Shown: one piece after another, positions 6,490 through 10,014 of the stretch
Numbering within the stretch: the stretch's first letter is position 1
Layout: every line of letters begins with the position of its first letter
Source: a virus
Length of the DNA: 10,014 nt
Reading direction: 5' to 3' (one strand)
UHGV virus genome: UHGV-0084903
The notes under the pieces: model-generated
What the model was told of the DNA's origin: nothing
The model's input: only the letters and a program-made list of their open reading frames with translations
Databases searched by the model: none
Made by a program: the position numbers and the translations under genes

Positions 6490-6535
6490 CACTGTTTATC
6501 CATACAGTTAAAAATAACACTGTATACAAACACAG
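6486..6535 (+). promoter_or_regulatory. Sigma70-type promoter with two LexA (SOS) boxes controlling the DinI-like gene
   Basis: -35 TTGACA (6486..6491, overlapping the int stop codon), 17-bp spacer, -10 TAAAAT (6509..6514). LexA box 1 CTGT-ttatccat-ACAG (6492..6507) fills the spacer; LexA box 2 CTGT-atacaaac-ACAG (6520..6535) covers the predicted start site. Both are perfect CTGT-N8-ACAG with AT-rich spacers. Confidence 0.8.
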
Positions 6536-6550
6536 TATAGAGGGACTTTT

Positions 6551-6799
6551 ATGCGTATTGAGATCTGCATAGCCAAAGAAAAAATGACTAAAATGCCAAA
6601 CGGTGCTGTGGATGCGTTAAAGGAAGAATTAACCCGACGCATCAGTAAACGTTATGACGATGTAGAGGTGATCGTAAAAGCCACCAGCAACGATGGCCTT
6701 TCTGTTACGCGCACCGCCGATAAAGATTCAGCTAAAACTTTTGTTCAGGAAACTCTGAAAGATACCTGGGAGTCTGCTGACGAGTGGTTTGTTCACTAA
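6551..6799 (+). CDS. dinI: DinI-like DNA-damage-inducible protein
   Basis: 82-aa ORF closely resembling E. coli DinI at both ends (MRIE.IAK..., ...[10 protein letters not shown]). GAGGG lies 6 nt upstream of the ATG. The LexA-box promoter immediately upstream supports the call. Confidence 0.85.
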   Translation: MRIEICIAKEKMTKMPNGAVDALKEELTRRISKRYDDVEVIVKATSNDGLSVTRTADKDSAKTFVQETLKDTWESADEWFVH

Positions 6800-6865
6800 T
6801 TAGCACGTAAAATCAGTAACGGCTGGAAATCATTCAATACTCGCACTATCGAAAGTTAACCAGCC

Positions 6866-6914
6866 AGCCGCAGTATCCTATCATGACAAGTTACTGCGGC
6901 TTTTTACTTTTTAT
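6866..6914 (+). terminator. Candidate rho-independent terminator after the DinI-like gene
   Basis: 10-bp inverted repeat AGCCGCAGTA (6866..6875) / TACTGCGGCT (6892..6901) with a 16-nt loop, followed by T-rich TTTTACTTTTT. The loop is larger than typical, hence moderate confidence. It lies between the convergent dinI and membrane-protein genes. Confidence 0.5.
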
Positions 6915-6916
6915 AT

Positions 6917-7204
6917 TTAACGGATCAACATCCAGATCAGCAGACACGCCACCACCGGCACAGCAAAATCCATCAGGCTTGCCACATCCCAAACACGCGG
7001 ATCAAAACCGCCCCACCACGGCATGTTAATCCGCTTGCCATGCCCGAACATTTCAATCCAGCGATATTCTGCCTGGGTGTGTTCACGCGCAATGAAGAAC
7101 GTACAACCAGCTATCGCCCCATAAGCCCAGTTTCCGGTAAAAAGACCAACCAGTGTCTGCGCAGCCACAGCACAAAGCGCATGAAGAAAAGGTGTTATAT
7201 CCAT
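6917..7204 (-). CDS. small integral membrane protein (95 aa, about 3 predicted TM segments), unknown function
   Basis: Strong SD AAGGAGG immediately upstream of the reverse-strand ATG (7204). Three hydrophobic stretches: FLHALCAVAAQTLVGLF, WAYGAIAGCTFFIA, ASLMDFAVPVVACLLIWMLI. Last gene of the reverse-strand tail-fibre block. Confidence 0.65.
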   Translation of the reverse strand: MDITPFLHALCAVAAQTLVGLFTGNWAYGAIAGCTFFIAREHTQAEYRWIEMFGHGKRINMPWWGGFDPRVWDVASLMDFAVPVVACLLIWMLIR

Positions 7205-7214
7205 TACTCCTCCT

Positions 7215-7919
7215 TTATCTAATATCGCTTCGGGAAGTTAATAACAACTTTAATTCTGACTCAAGTTCATCAACTCTTTCAGTCAGCTTCTGGATATGGT
7301 GAATCAGTGGAACAACCAGACGTTCGTACATTACACCTTCGGCAACAAGGCCATTGCTGGAAATAGCTTCAGGAGCATCATCTTCGTTAGCTGGTCGCCA
7401 GTGTACAAACTGAGGGGCAATTTCTCCTACTTCCTCGGCAATCAATCCGTAGAACCCCCAGTCACGCCTGTCATTTTCGCATTGCGACCTGTACCACACA
7501 GGGCGCATCCTGAAAATGACATCGGCGTGCTCTGAATCTATCGTCTCTACTGAATGTTTATAGCGGATAGACGATGTGGACCGCAGTACAGACGAAATTG
7601 CAGGGTCAGGATTAAGATAAAGGTTTGCCGCCGCAGTAGTCGTGCCCAACCCCCATAAATAAAACGCTTCGCGGCCAGTCAGCGGGTAAAAATCACCGCC
7701 ATAACGACCGCTTTCCAGATCGTTCGCTTCCACTTTGTTTTTCAGCTTATTATCAACTTCAGTTTTTGTGTATCTGGTGCTGATATCCTGCTTTGCACTG
7801 GTCATATCAATCTGAAGCGTTGATACTTTTCCGTTAATTGAGGAAATATCTTCCTTAGTTTTACTGACATCTCCCTTTAGCGTGGTGATATCTCCAGGAA
7901 TTACTGTCGATGTAGCCAT
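7215..7919 (-). CDS. Tail-fibre-like protein with C-terminal intramolecular chaperone (Peptidase_S74-type) domain
   Basis: 234-aa ORF; GGGAG SD upstream. The C-terminal roughly 120 aa match the endosialidase/T5 pb1 chaperone pattern: SSIRYK (Ser...Lys spacing as in the catalytic dyad), GLIAEEVGEIAPQFV, VMYERLVVPLIHHIQKLTERVDELESEL. The N-terminal roughly 115 aa are heptad-like. Confidence 0.7.
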   Translation of the reverse strand: MATSTVIPGDITTLKGDVSKTKEDISSINGKVSTLQIDMTSAKQDISTRYTKTEVDNKLKNKVEANDLESGRYGGDFYPLTGREAFYLWGLGTTTAAANLYLNPDPAISSVLRSTSSIRYKHSVETIDSEHADVIFRMRPVWYRSQCENDRRDWGFYGLIAEEVGEIAPQFVHWRPANEDDAPEAISSNGLVAEGVMYERLVVPLIHHIQKLTERVDELESELKLLLTSRSDIR

Positions 7920-7928
7920 TTGTCTCCC

Positions 7929-8210
7929 TCACATCCAGCCACGAAGTTGATGCTCAACAACAACCGCGTATTCATCGAATATTGACGGTGTTTTCACATC
8001 ATTAATGATGCGCACGTTTACAAAATATCCGTCTTCCTTAACACATACCGGCTCGCCATCTTCAGTAATTTCCCCGGTTTCTTTGTACACGTTACCTATC
8101 ACATCAATGAGAACATTGTTCTGCATCACCTCGTCATCGTCATAACCAATGCTATCCATAAAGGCCGAAAAGTCGGCCTTGTCTGTGAATTTGATAATTA
8201 AGTCTCGCAT
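7929..8210 (-). CDS. hypothetical acidic protein (93 aa); possible tail-fibre assembly/accessory protein by position
   Basis: Its ATG overlaps the stop of the upstream tail-fibre gene (TAATG), indicating coupling. No recognisable motif; role inferred only from position between fibre genes. Confidence 0.5.
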   Translation of the reverse strand: MRDLIIKFTDKADFSAFMDSIGYDDDEVMQNNVLIDVIGNVYKETGEITEDGEPVCVKEDGYFVNVRIINDVKTPSIFDEYAVVVEHQLRGWM

Positions 8211-10014
8211 TATATTACCTCTCCCATTTGTGCATCGGTTAATTCTTTATGCCATATACGAAAATTACGAATGTGACCGAAAAGATGACGTAGACCGCTA
8301 TTAGTCTGTCCCCCAATCCTGAAGAAATAACCAGATTTAACACCGACATGATCCGTGGTTTTAGGAGTCCCATGCTGGGCATTGCTAACGAAATGCACAT
8401 TACCAGATTCATTTAAAACAAATCCAAGAACAGATTTTTGTTCAAATAATACTGGCGATACGGCGGCTACTGTACTACCGTTTTTATTGTGCATCGTAAC
8501 ACCAGGAAATAATGTTGAACTAATAGCAACACTTATATATTGACCCGGAGTTGTGCTCCCACCACTGGTATCAAAAATTCGTGGTGCTGCATTTGGCGTT
8601 TCGTTCCAGTTTGTATGAACTTCAGCTAGAAATGTTAAAGGTGGTGTACCGATATTGTTATTTGTTGGTATATTCACCATATCACTGGCTCTTGTGACTG
8701 GCGTTGCCTCAGTAATAATAAACGAAGAAGCGCACGAACCGCCTTCGACCTGAGGAGTTGCAACATAAATATAATCATCTGCACCAGTGCTTCCCCCTTT
8801 TGGTGGTGCATATTGCACCATCGCACCGATCATATTTTCTGTATCAAGTGCCTTAATTGTTGCCTCAAAGAAAATCCATTTGCTTGCTTCATTTTTAACA
8901 GCCCTTGCAGTAATACGACTTGCAGCGCCGCCAGTTTTATCAATCGATAAATCTGTCATATTTAAGTAAGCATCACCCAGGAATTTGTAGGTAGATCCAT
9001 CATATTCTTCAAATCGTAATCGACATCTTAAATTTGGAGTCCCACTTTGTACCCTGCATGAGATAGTTACATACTTTTCATCGCCGGTAACATCATATCC
9101 TTTGCTTCCAGATACTGTGACAATAGAAATGGCTGAGGTTTGCCCCACCATTTCTGGTTTTAATGTGAATTTTGCGTACTGGAAACCAAAATCATCTACA
9201 CCTGATGTATTTAAAATCATATTTGATGACTTGTTCCACTTTGATGGATTTGTGCTGTTTATTAACAGGTTTGTACGCTGCCCTTCAATCAGCAATCCAT
9301 ACTTTTCAAAGCGAGGTTCATCGATTGCAGCCTCTGTCAGCACACCAGATTTATTAATGTAAGTTGCTTTTGATGCGCGTTTAAACTTTACAATCTTGTC
9401 GCCAGGCATTGTTATTTCATCATCACCAATAACAATCTTTTTATATGATGGCGAAAAGCCCGTAATCATATCCAGTGAATCGTTAAACGGTATCCACACA
9501 TCAGGAAGCGGCTGTAAGACATATTTATACGGCTCTGCTGCCTGGCTTGCGTACTCCCTGGCTGCGTCTTCACTTGCTTTTGCAGCCGTCTGGCTTGCAG
9601 CTGATGCTTTCGCCGAGTTAGCAGCCGCAGTCTCGCTCGCCTTTGCGTTGGTTTCACTGGTTTTTGCAGCTTTTTGACTGTTGGCTGATGCAATGGCAGA
9701 AGCAGCCGCCGCGCTTGCAGAACCAGCTGCAGCACTCTCGCTTTGGGCTGCTGCATCCTGACTGTTTTTCGCCGCAGTTTCGCTGGTTTTGGCATTCGTT
9801 TCGCTGGTCTTCGCTGCCGTCTGGCTGGACTTTGCGTTGGTTTCGCTCGCCTTCGCAGCTTTCTGGCTGTTAGCCGCAGCAGTTGCTGATCCAGCTGCTG
9901 AAGTCGCAGAACCGGCTGCCGCGCTCTCGCTTTGGGCTGCTGCAACCTGGCTGTTTTTTGCCGCAGTTTCACTGGCTTTGGCATTCGTTTCGCTGGTTTT
10001 CGCTGCCGTCTGGC
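8210..10014 (-). CDS. stf: Side tail fibre protein (partial; N-terminal part lies beyond the window end)
   Basis: Reverse-strand frame is open from the window edge (10012) to the stop at 8210, 600 aa in-window. The ORF-track 'M' at 9499 is an internal GTG. Upstream part encodes AAKTSETNAKASETAAKNSQ-type repeats like lambda Stf; C-terminus ends ...HLFGHIRNFRIWHKELTDAQMGEVI, resembling the end of LamG/concanavalin-A-like domains. Confidence 0.85.
   Translation of the reverse strand, partial: QTAAKTSETNAKASETAAKNSQVAAAQSESAAAGSATSAAGSATAAANSQKAAKASETNAKSSQTAAKTSETNAKTSETAAKNSQDAAAQSESAAAGSASAAAASAIASANSQKAAKTSETNAKASETAAANSAKASAASQTAAKASEDAAREYASQAAEPYKYVLQPLPDVWIPFNDSLDMITGFSPSYKKIVIGDDEITMPGDKIVKFKRASKATYINKSGVLTEAAIDEPRFEKYGLLIEGQRTNLLINSTNPSKWNKSSNMILNTSGVDDFGFQYAKFTLKPEMVGQTSAISIVTVSGSKGYDVTGDEKYVTISCRVQSGTPNLRCRLRFEEYDGSTYKFLGDAYLNMTDLSIDKTGGAASRITARAVKNEASKWIFFEATIKALDTENMIGAMVQYAPPKGGSTGADDYIYVATPQVEGGSCASSFIITEATPVTRASDMVNIPTNNNIGTPPLTFLAEVHTNWNETPNAAPRIFDTSGGSTTPGQYISVAISSTLFPGVTMHNKNGSTVAAVSPVLFEQKSVLGFVLNESGNVHFVSNAQHGTPKTTDHVGVKSGYFFRIGGQTNSGLRHLFGHIRNFRIWHKELTDAQMGEVI
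9540..10014. repeat. In-frame imperfect tandem DNA repeats (period about 189 bp) within the tail fibre gene
   Basis: Near-identical blocks recur, e.g. the motif ctctcgctttgggctgctgca at about 9736 and about 9925, and cgctggt(t/c)ttcgctgccgtctggc at about 9801 and about 9990. They translate in-frame into Ala/Ser-rich fibre repeats; they are coding repeats, not a CRISPR array. Confidence 0.7.

Noticed and set aside
7040-7535. + strand ORFs 7040..7222 and 7296..7535
   Set aside because: They are antisense to the membrane-protein and S74-domain genes, which have strong RBSs and recognisable features.
7920-7931. Stop-codon readthrough or gene fusion across the in-frame TGA between the 93-aa and 234-aa ORFs
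   Set aside because: The TGA is part of the SD for the downstream gene (TGAGGGAG-ACAA-ATG); the same frame occurs by chance one time in three. Flagged for comparative checking but not called.
8355-9677. + strand ORFs (8355..8543, 8787..8969, 9102..9362, 9172..9357, 9396..9677) within the tail fibre gene
   Set aside because: They are antisense to a long, continuous, motif-supported reverse-strand CDS and are low-complexity.
9466-9984. 172-aa Arg/Lys/Gln-rich reverse-strand ORF and + strand ORF 9643..9873 in the repeat region
   Set aside because: These are alternate frames of the fibre repeat DNA; the true frame (stop at 8210, open to the window edge) encodes the Ala/Ser-rich SETNAK repeats, whereas these give implausible poly-basic sequence.
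9540-10014. CRISPR array suggested by the direct repeats
   Set aside because: The repeats are long (about 189-bp period), imperfect, lack unique spacers of regular size and are translated in-frame as part of the tail fibre.

Overview
This window reads as a contiguous piece of a lambdoid (lambda/P22-like) enterobacterial phage or prophage, spanning the junction between the early-left accessory ('ea') region, the integration module and the end of the tail-fibre region. All calls are from reading the sequence and motifs by eye; no database search or computation was run. On the + strand, a tightly packed, translationally coupled operon (3..4101) encodes the tail of an upstream gene, a PAPS-reductase-like PP-loop protein, two small unknowns, an Ead/Ea22-like protein, a 95-aa unknown, a DUF551 protein, a DEDDh 3'-5' exonuclease and a PrtN-family excisionase-like protein. 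A strong bidirectional terminator follows. The tyrosine integrase (5392..6489) is separated from the excisionase-like gene by about 1.3 kb carrying two reverse-strand genes of unknown function (178 aa with a GNAT-like fold signature; 57 aa, small and basic). This cassette is my best candidate for an undescribed accessory or defence-type module. Downstream of int is a DinI-like gene whose promoter carries two perfect LexA boxes. Converging on it from the - strand are a small membrane protein, a short protein with a Peptidase_S74-type intramolecular chaperone domain, a 93-aa acidic protein, and a partial side tail fibre gene with alanine-rich SETNAK-type repeats and a LamG-like C-terminal domain. 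No tRNA, rRNA, CRISPR array or IS element was recognised.
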